DNA of 64,000 nucleotides from Octopus vulgaris (Eukaryota), in the NCBI GenBank assembly GCA_951406725.2, contig OX597823.1, positions 105,648,001 to 105,712,000 on the forward strand. Direction: 5' to 3'. Of the stretch, positions 40,214 through 55,595 are shown in pieces. Both the position numbers and the translations under genes were made by a program. Every line of letters begins with the position of its first letter. The stretch's first letter is position 1. The notes under the pieces are model-generated. The model made no database searches. It had not been told where the DNA came from and was given only the letters and a program-made list of their open reading frames with translations.

Positions 40214-40569
40214 ACTATTTATCTATCTTGTTTGTATTATCTTCATTGTATTTCTAAAATTCCTCATGCATTAAGAAAGAAATGTTTTCAACTCAGCATC
40301 AAAGCCCTTTAATTAAAACCTAGACATCAACCAGATAGTCATATATTATGCAGATAAGAATGCATCTGCGCACGTATGTGTGCATACACTGTACGCCATT
40401 GCTCGTGTGTAAATGATTTAACTTATTGTATACGTATGAAAATTAGATGTATGTTTGTTACTGTTCAATTTAAAGCTCCCTGATAACAGGTTTTGTTTAA
40501 AGATCCATTTGCTCTTGGAATATCCAATGCAGAGGCCCCCCCAAACAACCATATCGATGAAACGTACAT

Positions 40570-41420
40570 AGGAAACATACGATGTAAACTTATATTTATC
40601 ATAAATTTTCCTACGTTTGCTATGTTCATAGAGAAATATACAAACTTATTCAAACGCTCATACATCCGACTGCTTTTGCGAGCATTTGTTAGACGTCCGA
40701 CGATATAGTAATGGATCTCTTTCGCTTATCGTCTGCCATTTTAATTATCCTGGTCGCTCGTGCATTTATTTCACTATTTTACAGGTTCGTACAGTAACAC
40801 CACGGACTCTCGTTTCCAATCTCTTGCGAACTATACTCGATTTTTTGCTTGTTCACAACATTTCCCAAAAGTATTTATAACTGAATAACTGATAAGAATC
40901 CATACATGTAATTTACAACATTTACTATCCATCCATCCATCCATCCATCCATCCAATTAACACAAACTGGTGTTTTTCTCCACCCAATCTTTCCCACCTA
41001 TCTGTTAGATGATCATCTTATCAAGTCAATATCACCCGTCATTCTCACCAAAATCGCTTCTTTTTTCGTCTACTCCACATAATCTGACACATACTTCTCA
41101 CTCTTACGCACATTCACACGCCCCCTTCCATACATATAATTTTACATACACACGCATTCGCTGCTACTTCTCCCATACCGAATTCCTTCATTGTAGGTGA
41201 GGCATTGGACCGCCATTCTACGCTTCCTCATCTACTCCAAGCTACTCATTCCCGATTATTTCTTTTCCATCACTAGTCACCATGCTGTGACTTCCATAAA
41301 TACACGCTACTCTTATCATGGCGAAGAAGAAACGGTCCGAAACGGTGACACCTTCATTCCTTCACAGCTTAACTCATTAAATTTGTAGCTATCAAATATA
41401 AGGTCTTGTATACAGCTAGG
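40570..41420 (+). mobile_element. Penelope-like element 3' relic: GIY-YIG endonuclease remnant, C/T/A-rich spacer and hammerhead-like motif
   Basis: SDCFCEHLLDVRRYSNGSLSLIVCHFNYPGRS resembles the PLE pattern xDRFxEHLxDV...PVAxHFNxPxHS; downstream atggcgaag...ccgaaacggtga at 41318-41348. Confidence 0.5.
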
Positions 41421-41676
41421 CTTTGTATTATAGTCAAACTTGAACTTTGCTCGCGTTCTTTCAGAGGATGGAATGGACTCATATGAGCAAGAAACTCGGT
41501 GCCATGCCATAATGAATCCAAAGCTTCGATTGGTTAAATAATTCTTCATGCTTGAAGAACTTGAATACCAATAACTGCAGGCACGTGCATACATATACTT
41601 CTTATTTTATATATATATGTATGTGTGTGTATGTGTTTATAAATGTATGTATGTTTATATATTATTATTATTGTCA

Positions 41677-42432
<756 letters not shown>

Positions 42433-42478
<46 letters not shown>

Positions 42479-42551
42479 CCATCACCATCACCATCACCAC
42501 CACCATCACCACCACCACCACCACCACCATCACCATCACCATCACCATCAC

Positions 42552-42650
<99 letters not shown>
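42433..42650. repeat. (CAT)n/(CAC)n microsatellite between two Dong elements
   Basis: Direct reading. Confidence 0.95.
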
Positions 42651-43125
42651 TGCCTTTACACAGCTTCTAACGCTGGAGATTTGTTCTACGGTGTCAGATG
42701 TTCACTACCTGTGAACTAAGGTAACACCTCTTATTTTTCGAGCACCTTCCGGAGTATTCGAGCTGTTCCAAGCAATGCTGTTTTCTGCAAGTGCTCCACG
42801 CTTATTGTAGCGTCTATATGTTCCATGTACTTCTCCAGATTATTACACACTGTTCCTAGGGATCTGACAATTATTAGTTCCACTGCCACCTTTTTCATTG
42901 ACCACAGCTTCTTAACATTACGAGCTAATCTGTCATGTCTATCGACTTTTCTTTCTTCCTTATCGCATCCCTTGTTGTCAGCCAGGCATGCTATATCTAT
43001 GATCCAGAATAGTTTGCTGTCTCTCTCTTTTCTTTCTTTCTCAATTAAGACTATGTCTGGCTTCCTATTCTCTATCTCATGGTCGCACTGACTCATAAAA
43101 TCCCACAGAATGTTCTGGGCCTTGG
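42651..43125 (-). mobile_element. Second, divergent R4/Dong-family element (REL endonuclease + 3' UTR)
   Basis: ILWDFMSQCDHEIENRKPDIVLIEK...IIDIAC...KLWSMKKVAVELIIVRSLG...LQKTALLGTARILRKVLEK*; unrelated 3' UTR running into (ATG)n. Confidence 0.88.
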
Positions 43126-43169
43126 AGATGGCCATATTCATGAGGTTCACCGGATATTCTTTTCTTTAA

Positions 43170-43700
43170 GGAACCATTTTAGTTCATATAATCTTTTTCC
43201 TGTAGTGTGGGGTGTGTTACTACGGTGCTGATGCGTCGTGCCATGTTACAGGGAATGTTGTTTTGGTATGTGAGGGTTGAAGTGCTGATCTGAAATTTAA
43301 GCATTGGTGTGTATCTGTTGGTTTTTAGAATTGGTCTGTTTCGATATTTCCTCTTCTTTAATAATAAGGTTATCCAGAAAGGGTAGTTCCTTTCTATTAC
43401 ACTCTGTGGTAAATGGTATTGTTTTGTGAAACATGTTTCTGATGAAATGGAATCTTTGCAGGTCTTCTTGGCTTCTATCCCAGAAGATAAAGAAATCTTC
43501 TAGGTAACGTTGTTATTGATGTAGGTGGCTGCGTTTCCTGCAGCTGGGTAAATATTTTTGCCTCTAAGTAACCCATAACGTGTGTTGCATATGTTGGAAC
43601 TACTTTGGTGTCCATGACCGTTCCTTTTATTTGTGCCGAAAATGAACTTTCTTATCTTCCATTTTAAAGGGTTATAGAATTAGCACAGGTTATAGGAACA
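43170..43700 (-). pseudogene. Penelope-like reverse transcriptase relic
   Basis: Minus strand QIKGTVMDTKVVPTYATHVMGYLE, RYLEDFFIFW (decayed YLDD), IPFTTECNRKELPFLDNLI, KPTDTHQCLNFRS, NIPCNMARRISTVV. Confidence 0.88.
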
Positions 43701-43878
43701 TAAACCTTCTTCCATAAAAAGATAGCTTAAACTTTGCTCTAAATGGGGGTGTAGTCAAATTCTATTTTATGGACTCAACCATGTTCTAAAATAAGTGGAA
43801 AGGTAAGCTACTATAAATTAGCACGAACTTTCCGGACAATCCAATGCAAATATGCATGTAAGCATACATACATATGTA

Positions 43879-43913
<35 letters not shown>

Positions 43914-44428
43914 GTGTGTGCGTGCGCGTGCAAGAATGGCTCTTCTGCTTTTCTAAGGAAGTTAAAATATATATCTTACAGTATGTATATCGCGAAACAT
44001 TTACCGAACCACATATATATCATAAAAGTATGTGCTACAAATGATACGACTCGTAAACATTTGCTGAAAAACAAGAAACTGAAATCGGAGATCTTAGTTT
44101 GAACTGGCCAGAAGCTTACTTATTGCTATGCAATGCATGACACAGAGAAGAAAATAGAAAAAAAAATTCAAAAAGTAAAACAATATTGATTTCTTTCGAT
44201 TTCACACTAGATAATGTAGAGATATATAATCTATTGAATCGATCTGAAAGTATAACTACAAACTAATATCAATACTGGAGAATATAATCACTGGTGTATT
44301 AAAGTACACTGAGAATTTCCTCTCACTCTGCTTATTTTGTGCTCTATACTCACTGAATAAGTTTGTTATACATATCACTTAGCTTTATAGATTAATTTTT
44401 GCTTGATATATAATGGAGACGTAAAAAT

Positions 44429-44524
44429 CACTGCGGCGGCACTGCGGCGGCACTGCGGCGGCACTGCGGCGGCACTGCGGCGGCACTGCGGCGGCACTGC
44501 GGCGGCACTGCGGCGGCACTGCGG
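44429..44524. repeat. Perfect GC-rich 11-bp minisatellite (CACTGCGGCGG)x8.7
   Basis: Eight identical units plus 8 nt. Confidence 0.97.
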
Positions 44525-44766
44525 GCAGTTTCTTTATTATAATTCATTATAATTTCCATTACTTATATCAATGTTTGTTAATCATAGCACACCCCTCCAC
44601 ACACAAACATATATATTTGTATGTGCATATATGTATATGTATGTGTATGTGCATACATATATGTATGTATGTATATATATATACATATGTGTGTGTGTTC
44701 GTATGTGTATATATATATAAATATATGTGTGTATATATATATATACATAGACATATATATATACAC

Positions 44767-44923
44767 GTGTGGCTGTGTGGCAAGCGGGCTGTTTCCCGAC
44801 CACATAGTTCCGGGTTAAGTTCCACTGCATGACACCTTGGGCAAGTGTCTTCCACTACAGCCTCGGACTGAACAAAGCCTTGTCAGTGGAATTGGTAGAC
44901 GGAAACAGAAAAGAAACACGTCG

Positions 44924-44955
<32 letters not shown>

Positions 44956-44965
44956 TGTATGTATG

Positions 44966-45030
<65 letters not shown>

Positions 45031-45234
45031 GTTCATGATTGTGTGTTAGTGTTTGTCCCCCATAATCGTTTGACAACCGATGTTGGTGTGTTTATGTCCC
45101 CGTAACACAGCGGTTCGGCAAAAAAGACCAATATAATAAGTACTAGGCTTCCAAAAAATAAGTCCTGGGGTCGTTTTATCCAACTAAAGGTGGTACCCCA
45201 ACACAGCCGCAGTCAAATGATTGAAACAAGTAAA
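44767..45234 (+). mobile_element. SINE family A, full length
   Basis: A-box-like gtggctgtgtgg, B-box-like gggttaagttcc, CORE-like ccttgggcaagt, internal (TATG)n(TA)n, tail gcagtcaaatgattgaaacaagtaaa. Confidence 0.92.
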
Positions 45235-45421
45235 TATATATATATGAAACTAAATAAATGGCAAAGGATTCGTAAAATATACAATGGACGTCATTAGCTT
45301 ACAAGTGTTTCAGCTACAAGATTCAGCGCATTCAGAACTGGGTGCTTGTGCATCATCTAATAGTTTCCTCACTCGTAATATTACAGGCTCTCTCCCTCTC
45401 TGTCTCTCTCTATATATATTC

Positions 45422-46628
<1,207 letters not shown>

Positions 46629-46796
46629 TTGATAATAATAATAATAGTAATAATCCTTTCTACCGGAAGCACAAGAACTCAAATTTAGGGAAAGGGATTA
46701 TATATATATACACAAATACATATATATATGTGTTTTTATGTATACATATATGCGTGTGTCCGTGTGTCTGTGTTCGTGTGTTCGTGTGTGTGTATT

Positions 46797-46829
<33 letters not shown>

Positions 46830-47504
46830 ATGTGTGTGTGTGTTAGATTGTGTCTAACTTCTGCTCTTTCCAAGAACTCGTACTTTTTCTCTCAATTTCA
46901 CTTCCTTTGTTGATTCCATCCCACAACCATACCTGTTAACACAACTTCCACTTCCCGCTTACCTCTCCTTTTCCTTCAAACTCGCGTCCTCTCCTACTTT
47001 CTCAAATTTACTTTTTCCTCATACACACTCAACGATTAAACACACTCATGACCTCGTACCAACACCTCGTATCTTCATTAATCTATGGTACCATGATTCG
47101 GCGCTTGCTCCCTTCCACACACAGCCCCACTAAAAATAAGCAAAATTCCACATCCACCATTTTCATATATAAATATTTTGAAAGATCGAAACACTCATAT
47201 ACTTTCGGCCATGTTTTAAAATCCAGATTCATATAAGGTAGAGAAATTAGTTTATGGAACAGTCCGGTGACGCAGATAAAAAGTAGGTTGAGAAAAAGAA
47301 AAGTATATGGCCGCACATGTGATTCGAAACCGCATTAACAAATTCAACCAAGCAAGCAAGATCTTCCATGTCCTTTATAGTGGCGACTGTGATAAATAGG
47401 AAATTTGCTACAACAGCATGTTATAAAAATAGCTGCCACGGATAATACTAACATTAACACTTAACAATAACAGCGTTAGTATATGAATAACTGTGTTGCT
47501 TCTC

Positions 47505-47540
<36 letters not shown>

Positions 47541-48876
47541 TAAACACACACGCACGCACACACGTAAACACACACGCTTAAGTACATATATATGTGTGTG
47601 TGTGTGAGTGTCACCGTATGATGTACAGTCACAAAAAATAGATACACACATTCAAATGCATATATGTGTGTGCATGGGAATGGGTGTGTGTTTATAAAGA
47701 TACACACACACACATACATACGCGCGCACACACACACACATATATAGACAGATAGGTAGATATACATATATATTTGCAAATTTGCATACACGCACACACA
47801 CGCACGCATATATATATATATATGCGTGAGTGTGTGTGTGCGTGTGCTAGTAAATATATATGTATATATGATATATATATATACACACATGTGCATATTA
47901 TGTGTATATCTATCCTATACTTATCTATCGTTCTATCTACCTATCACTTTCTTTCCCCCTTCTCTGGACACACACACACACACACACGCACACATGCACA
48001 CACACATATGTCTGTATCTTGCTCGAGCTATACCAACGGATGTAAAGGAATATGTGAATGGAGGTATCGGAAAGTGGGCGGGAGTGAATCAAGGGATACA
48101 GATATTCTGCTTTTCAGTCGGGGTGACACAAGTCTGACGCTTGTAGGACCCAAAGGCTTTACTAGAGTGTGGAACCTGTTCAGACTCGAAAATTAGACTT
48201 ATGCCCAGAATACAAACCCTCATTTACTCTCTTTCTCTCTCTCTCACGCATCTTTTCTTACTTTCTCAGCCTCTTCTATGTTCCTGTTACTCTAACAATC
48301 TCCGTCTCTTTCCCTCTCACGTTCGCTCCGTCGCTTTCTTTCTTGCTCATATACACAGGCAGTTGCATATTTTTGGGGCAAATAAGAGTCAGTCTCTATC
48401 ATGCTCAGCTGTTGATGGAGTCAAAGGATCGAATACCCGTGGTGTCATATTGTCTGTTTGTCAATATCGCTGGTTGCTTTTCTTCTCTTGTAAAGTTTCG
48501 AGCAAATTCTATAGAATTAAGACAAATTATAAAGGAAGAAATAAATACAGAAATATAAAACTTGCCCTATGCTATTCCAAGCTACGTAAGAGTTTCCAAC
48601 GAAGGTGTCTCTTCTATATATGTATAGGATAGAAAAATGGAAAGGTGTATATATATATATATATATATACACACACATACGCACACACTTACAAACGCAA
48701 GGAACATTGTGTGAGGATACATGACTGTGTTAAATCTATGTATTTCTTTACCTTTCACAGATATTTATCTCTTCCAGTTTCCCTCTCCCCTCCTCTTTCC
48801 CTCTCTGTCCCTATGTGTGTGTGTATATATACATGCAATATATATATATGATATATATATATATGATACATAAATA

Positions 48877-49012
<136 letters not shown>

Positions 49013-49057
49013 TATATGCATACACACGCACTCTCGCACATATAAATAAATACATAA

Positions 49058-49098
<41 letters not shown>

Positions 49099-49460
49099 AA
49101 AGAGAGAGAGAGAGTGAGAGAGAGAAGAAGAAGAAGAAGAAGAAGAAGAAGAAGAAGAAGAAGAAGAAGAAGAAGAAGAAGAAAGAAGAAGAAACAGAGA
49201 AAGATAGAGAGTGAGAAATATATATATAAATATATAGACATACAGAAACATAGATGCAAATATAGACATACACAAACGCCCCCCCCCCTTACACATATAC
49301 GCATACGAATGTGCAATATATTAAATTGTATGAAGAGTGTGTAGCTATTCATGACATTAGTAAAGCAGTGACAGAAAAACGAATACAAACGACCGGATAG
49401 GAAGAAGCCAAAAATGTGGAACGAGTATACATAAATAGTTAGCCATATACATAAAGTATA

Positions 49461-49526
<66 letters not shown>

Positions 49527-49552
49527 ATATGTATATATATATGTATATATAT

Positions 49553-49650
<98 letters not shown>

Positions 49651-49895
49651 ATTAGAAAAAAACACCAAATTGAAAGACTAAATTACACCTTCTAGAAAGT
49701 TACATATAATAGAAAGATTAAATATAAGATAAAACATATAACGATGATTAAGTAATGTGCACAATAATAAATAAAACGTATATATTTGGTAAAATAACGA
49801 CACGTGTTTCGTGGCTATATTTAAGAAACGATTATAGTAAAAATATTAGTAGTAGTAGTAAAATCACTTGAATATAAATATAGATATATAAATAT

Positions 49896-49946
<51 letters not shown>

Positions 49947-50010
49947 CTGTATATATATACATGTGTGTATATATGTGTATATATGTATATATATGTTTAT
50001 ATATATATGC

Positions 50011-50041
<31 letters not shown>

Positions 50042-50104
50042 TATGCATATGTATATATATGTACACATGTGTCTGTGTGTGTGTATATATTTATGCGTGT
50101 ATAT

Positions 50105-50510
50105 TTTTATTCTTTTCTCTTTTTATTTGTTTCAGTCATGTGACTACGGCCATGATGAAACACTGCTTTTAGTCGAACAGATTGACCCCAGGACTTCTTC
50201 TTTGCAAACCTAGTACTTATTCTATCGGTCTCTTTTGCCGAACCGTTAATTTACAGGGACATAATCACACATCGGTTTTCATGCCATAGTGGGAGGACAA
50301 ACACAAACACGCAAATACATACATACATATACATATATAAATATAAACGACGGATTTCTTTCAGTTTCCGTCTACCAAATTTACTCACAAGGATTTGGCT
50401 GGCCCGAGGCCATAGTAAAAGACACTTGGCAAGATGTCACTCGGTGGGACTGGACCCAGAACCATGTGGCTGAAAAACAAGCTTCTTACTACACAGCTAT
50501 TCCCGTCCCT
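50105..50510 (-). mobile_element. SINE family A, full length
   Basis: Family match along its whole length. Confidence 0.9.
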
Positions 50511-50620
50511 ATATAGCAGCCCCTCCTGCGCCAATATAAGTTCATATGTATACACAAGTACACCCACACACTCACACACATGCATATATTGCATATATGC
50601 CGATGGGTAGATAGATACAA

Positions 50621-50663
<43 letters not shown>

Positions 50664-50754
50664 AGAAAGGAACAAGCATATCCAGAAAGAGTCACGCGAA
50701 GAATCAGATATATATGTATGATCATCTAGGAGTGCAAAGGCTGATATAGAGAGA

Positions 50755-51267
50755 CTAGCAGTATCGCCCGGCGTTGCTCGGGTTTGCAAGGGAAATAACT
50801 ATATAAGCATTTTTAGAGAGTTACTTCCCTTATAGATGCCAATTCGGGCTTTCTTAGCCATTTCTGTTTTGGTGTCTTCAAGCCATGAAGTCGTTGTTCT
50901 AAAAGAACGCTGGTCTCCTTGACAACGCTTTACGACGTTGATTTCCTTACACTCCCTTCCCCACAGCTTCACGAGGGAGGGAAGAAGGGGGAGAAGCAAA
51001 CAGGTGCAGGTGTGACCATAGACGCCAACTCCGCCGCCATCGACACACGAAAAATTATGCATTAAAATGGAATGAAAAATGATGTTAAATTATTTTTAAA
51101 ATCGTAGACTTATCGTAGACGCGCGCTAATACGCAGACGGGCTCGATATGAATCACGACTATAAGATACCCGGTTTTGGTTAAACTGCACCGCAAAATGT
51201 GGGAGTAGTTAGGAATCTAAATCGAAGGGGACAGACACTCACACAACTACAGTTTTATATATATAGA
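50755..51267 (-). mobile_element. Non-autonomous Helitron
   Basis: Minus strand a|TCtatatatataaaactgtagttg ... cccgagcaacgccggg hairpin-cgatactg-CTAG|t: 5' TC, 3' hairpin + CTAG, A/T insertion site, no TSD. Confidence 0.88.
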
Positions 51268-51661
51268 TATACTGGTGAAACACAACACATGCACATCTAC
51301 ACACACACACACACACATGCTCCAAAATGCTCAGGGATGAACTTGTATGAGTCGAGCCTCTGTTTGCATGAGCCGAGCGACAGAAGTCCAACGGGAAGCT
51401 CAGGATGTTCCCCTTTCCACATCAAGGTCATCATCTGCAATCCGCTGGGTTCTCCCTGATCAGGCGGTGGAGGTACACTTTGTTCACGTTATTTCAATAT
51501 TTATTTTAGCTTACAATAGCCAGTTCTTTTGGTCATACTATCGTATCTCCAGCTGCTTCAGATGTCAAGATATCAGAAACAGTTTTGCTATGGAATAGTG
51601 AAACCATGTTTTCGTTTTGTGAAAAAGGAACGTTTTGGATTTACGAAACATCTGCATAATA

Positions 51662-51714
<53 letters not shown>

Positions 51715-52197
51715 TAGATAGATAGATAGATATTTAGATAGATAGATAGATAGATATAGATAGATAGATACTAAGATAGATAGATAACGATATGAGAATT
51801 TTGAAAGATTCTTGAATATCGAGTTTATCTCTTCTTCTCAAGTGGAGTTGGTCTTATTTGCCATTTAGTAATTCTGATTATGACAAATACATCCTTTAGC
51901 AGCGGAGAGGATGGTAATAAACCAAGAAATTTTGTTGTAAGGCATTTGACATACCGATATTTTCTGGCTAGGTAGATATAAGTTAAATATCAATTATATA
52001 AGTCATTTGGGGATATTGCCGGCAGCCATGTGATAAAAACGGAGCATTCTAATTCGGGCAGGATTGCTTTGCATGAATCGTAATGTCTGACGCTACGAAT
52101 TTATTTCGTATGGCCACGAATGTTTCGAGATCTGAACAGTTTCTAGGATGGGATGTGAGTCCACTGTTTATATCAATTAAAAAATACTTTGAAGAAC

Positions 52198-52281
52198 TTG
52201 TAAGTTAGTACTTTGCGTAAATAGTACTTTGTGTAAATTAGTACTTTGTGTAAGTTAGTACTGTGTTGTGTAATTTAGTAC
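52198..52281. repeat. 16-17-bp tandem repeat (gtaarttagtactttgt), about 5 copies
   Basis: Direct reading. Confidence 0.85.
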
Positions 52282-52326
52282 GAAGTTCTAACTTCGTAGC
52301 TCGAAATAAAATTACAAATATTTGAA

Positions 52327-52509
52327 GAGCGGCGAGCTGGCATAATGCTTAGCAGCATTTCGTCCGTCTTCACATTCTGAGTTCAAATTCCGCTGAGGTT
52401 GTTTTTGCCTTTCATTTCTTCGGAATTGATAAAATATAAACCGGTTGAGGACTACAACACCCACTCCCGAAATTACTGGCCTCATGCCAAAATTTGAAAC
52501 CAGAATTAT
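52327..52509 (+). mobile_element. SINE family B, old-tail copy
   Basis: Body match; tail aaattactggcctcatgccaaaatttgaaaccag. Confidence 0.8.
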
Positions 52510-52567
52510 CTATGCTTGAAAAATAAAGAACATCCAAGATATATCTCTCTATTCTTCTCGCTCACCC

Positions 52568-52655
<88 letters not shown>

Positions 52656-52895
52656 TGCTTTGGTCCACTCAGTTGCAAAACTGTGTAATCCCGAACGGAC
52701 CGGCTTCCGGTCAATTGGGAGAACACATATGCCGTAGGATCCGGTCGTAGATAAACTGATAGACAGATAGTTGAAAAGACAGATTAGATCGATAAGTAGC
52801 TAGACAGATAGATTGTTCGGTAGACATATAAATAGACTGACAGCTCGTTAAATAGATATATTGAAAAACGGAAGGATAGATAGATAGATAGATAT

Positions 52896-52950
<55 letters not shown>

Positions 52951-53484
52951 TGTTTCTTTATTAGCCACACAGGGCTGAACACAGAGGGGACAAATTACAA
53001 AATAGAACTTTTCTTTTGGGGGAGAAAAAAAAGGGAGGGGTAGGTTATTTATCAAAAGGGATCATAAAAAAAAAAAACGATCAAAAGGGATCATGTCTCA
53101 CAGAAATGTCATGATGTAAAGTATAAAGGTCCATCCGTGGAAAGAAAAGCCCACGGAAAAGACCACGGTAACCTCAGTCAATAATGTCACATGTTAACAC
53201 ATTTATTTGCAAGTAAGTAACTCTCTGTTTAAAATTTTTCCGGGTTCATAGGATTATGCTCAAGGTGGCTTCGTCACTCCTACGTGCCATCCTTGCTACA
53301 TTCACCCATCTTTTTTTGAAACATTCGCTAGACAAAACTTGCCTGTCTACTCTCACTTTCCTTTTCAAGTGGTACTTGAAGAAGTTGATGAGAGATTGAT
53401 CAGAGAGAAAAATGTTTGTCTCTAATCCTTTCGGACCAGATACATTCTTTCATCATAGCCACAAGTATGATGAAAATAATAGCC
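52951..53484 (-). mobile_element. L1/Tx1-clade LINE, 5'-truncated (ORF2 end + 3' UTR), inserted in (GATA)n
   Basis: Minus strand IFIILVAMMKECIW / KGLETNIFLSDQSLINFFKYHLKRKVRVDRQVLSSECFKKRWVNVARMARRSDEATLSIIL* (stop 53246-53248); UTR ends aataaagaaaca; (GATA)n on both sides. Confidence 0.8.
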
Positions 53485-53561
<77 letters not shown>

Positions 53562-53589
53562 CAGATAGGTAGCTAGCTAGCTAGATAAT

Positions 53590-53662
<73 letters not shown>

Positions 53663-54074
53663 GGTTATATAGATAAATAGGTAGATGGAGACTGAGATAT
53701 AAACATTAATAGGAAAGAAGCAGGATCAGGTTGTTCTGTAGACATAAAATAAGATTGACTAAAATTTACCTGACAAGAATACCAATGTCGCACAAAGCCG
53801 TTTTACTCTTGGAATATATAATTACCTCGGGTTATAAACCCACACGTAAGGTATCATGTCTGTACTAACAGCCTCACACACGTATGCAGATCGACATTAT
53901 ATGCATACATATACACGCACAAACACACACGCACACATCTACATTATATGAGAGTGTTTGTCAAATTATGTATAGGTATATTACATATGGATAAACATAC
54001 ATATACACGCCTATGAACATAAAAACGGGCATACAAACATCTGTCTGTGTATCTGTCTCTATGTCTCTAACTGC

Positions 54075-54153
<79 letters not shown>

Positions 54154-54185
54154 GTTAGCCTGCTAGCTACATCTACAGTTAAATA

Positions 54186-54230
<45 letters not shown>

Positions 54231-54437
54231 ATGCGTGTGTGAGTAAATGCATGTATGTTTCTGGGGGCAGACGTCGGCTTAAATATATCATTCATATAAT
54301 TGCGTGTGTGTATGTTTGCAAACGGGTGTTCTGTGTGCGCTTACGCGTTAATTAATCCAAATCCTTTTCTCATCATATTTAGACCTTATCAAAATGATGT
54401 TTTATTTGCAGAACACCAGAAAACATTGTCATTAAAT

Positions 54438-54477
<40 letters not shown>

Positions 54478-54577
54478 GATTTTTGACCAATATATAAATA
54501 CACTATAATATGCTGTCATATTGGCTATTGGCTATCATCCACCATGAGTACCGTTAGAGCTGCTGCTGCTGCGGTGG

Positions 54578-54619
<42 letters not shown>

Positions 54620-54877
54620 ATATTGTCAACTCCATTCTAAAATTCGTCATAGTCACCCCCCTCCTGTTTCTTTACTTTGTCATTCTTATTCTGATCATTA
54701 TTATTAGCATCGTCAACTTCGTCGTCGTCGTCGTCGTCGTCCTCCTCCTCCTCCTCCCTCATCATCATCATCATCATCATCATGAACAGCATGGTTATCA
54801 TTCTCGGTTAGCAATTTGTTTTTGCGTACCTTGAAATAAGTTCTGTTTCTCTTCCTCACACTCCCACACATCGATTA

Positions 54878-55052
54878 AGGACTGCTGTTGGTTTGTTTAC
54901 GTTCCCGTAATTTAACGGTTTGACAAAAGCGACCGACCGAATAAGTACTAAACTTTAGAAAGTAAGTACTGGAAATTGACTCATTCGACTAAGACCATCA
55001 GGGCGGTGCTCCAGCATGGCCGCAGTTCATTGACTGACACAAGTAAAAGATA
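54878..55052 (+). mobile_element. SINE family A, 3' half
   Basis: ggcggtgctccagcatggccgcag...acaagtaaaaga. Confidence 0.82.
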
Positions 55053-55206
55053 GAAGGCAAAAGAGAATTCAAATCCTGCTGAGGTCAACTGTCGTCCTTT
55101 CGGGGCCGATAAAATCAGATAAATATTAAAGTCGATATGATCAAGATAACATATAATCGAGTTTACATTTCAGGTTATGTGCCTGTATTAGTTAATATTA
55201 TTCTTA

Positions 55207-55595
55207 TCTCTCTCTATATAAAGCTGAAGTTGTCTGTGTATGGCAGGTTTGGTAGTCTTCAACTAACACTATCTCCTCCGAGACCCTGCGGCGCAAGTTG
55301 ACCAAAATTCAGAGTATGATAGAAGAAGGCTTGCTCTTCCTTCCGAAGAAAAAAATTTCAAATCGGACCATGTTAACACCAAAAATTATTTACATCAAAA
55401 AGGTGCTTTTTTCTATGAAAATCCCTATTTTTTCGATTTTTTGACTGCTGTGTCGCCATTTTTCGGTGTATTTCAACCAGAAAAATGTTCACTTAAAGAG
55501 AATATCAAGCTACATAATGCAAAATTTTTACTTTTCAAAAATTCCAATTCTAAAGGGTCGAAACAAACCCGAGCAAAGCCAGGCCATACTGCTAG
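55207..55595 (+). mobile_element. Non-autonomous Helitron
   Basis: a|TCtctctctatataaagctgaagttg ... aaacccgagcaaagccaggccatactgCTAG|t. Confidence 0.85.
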
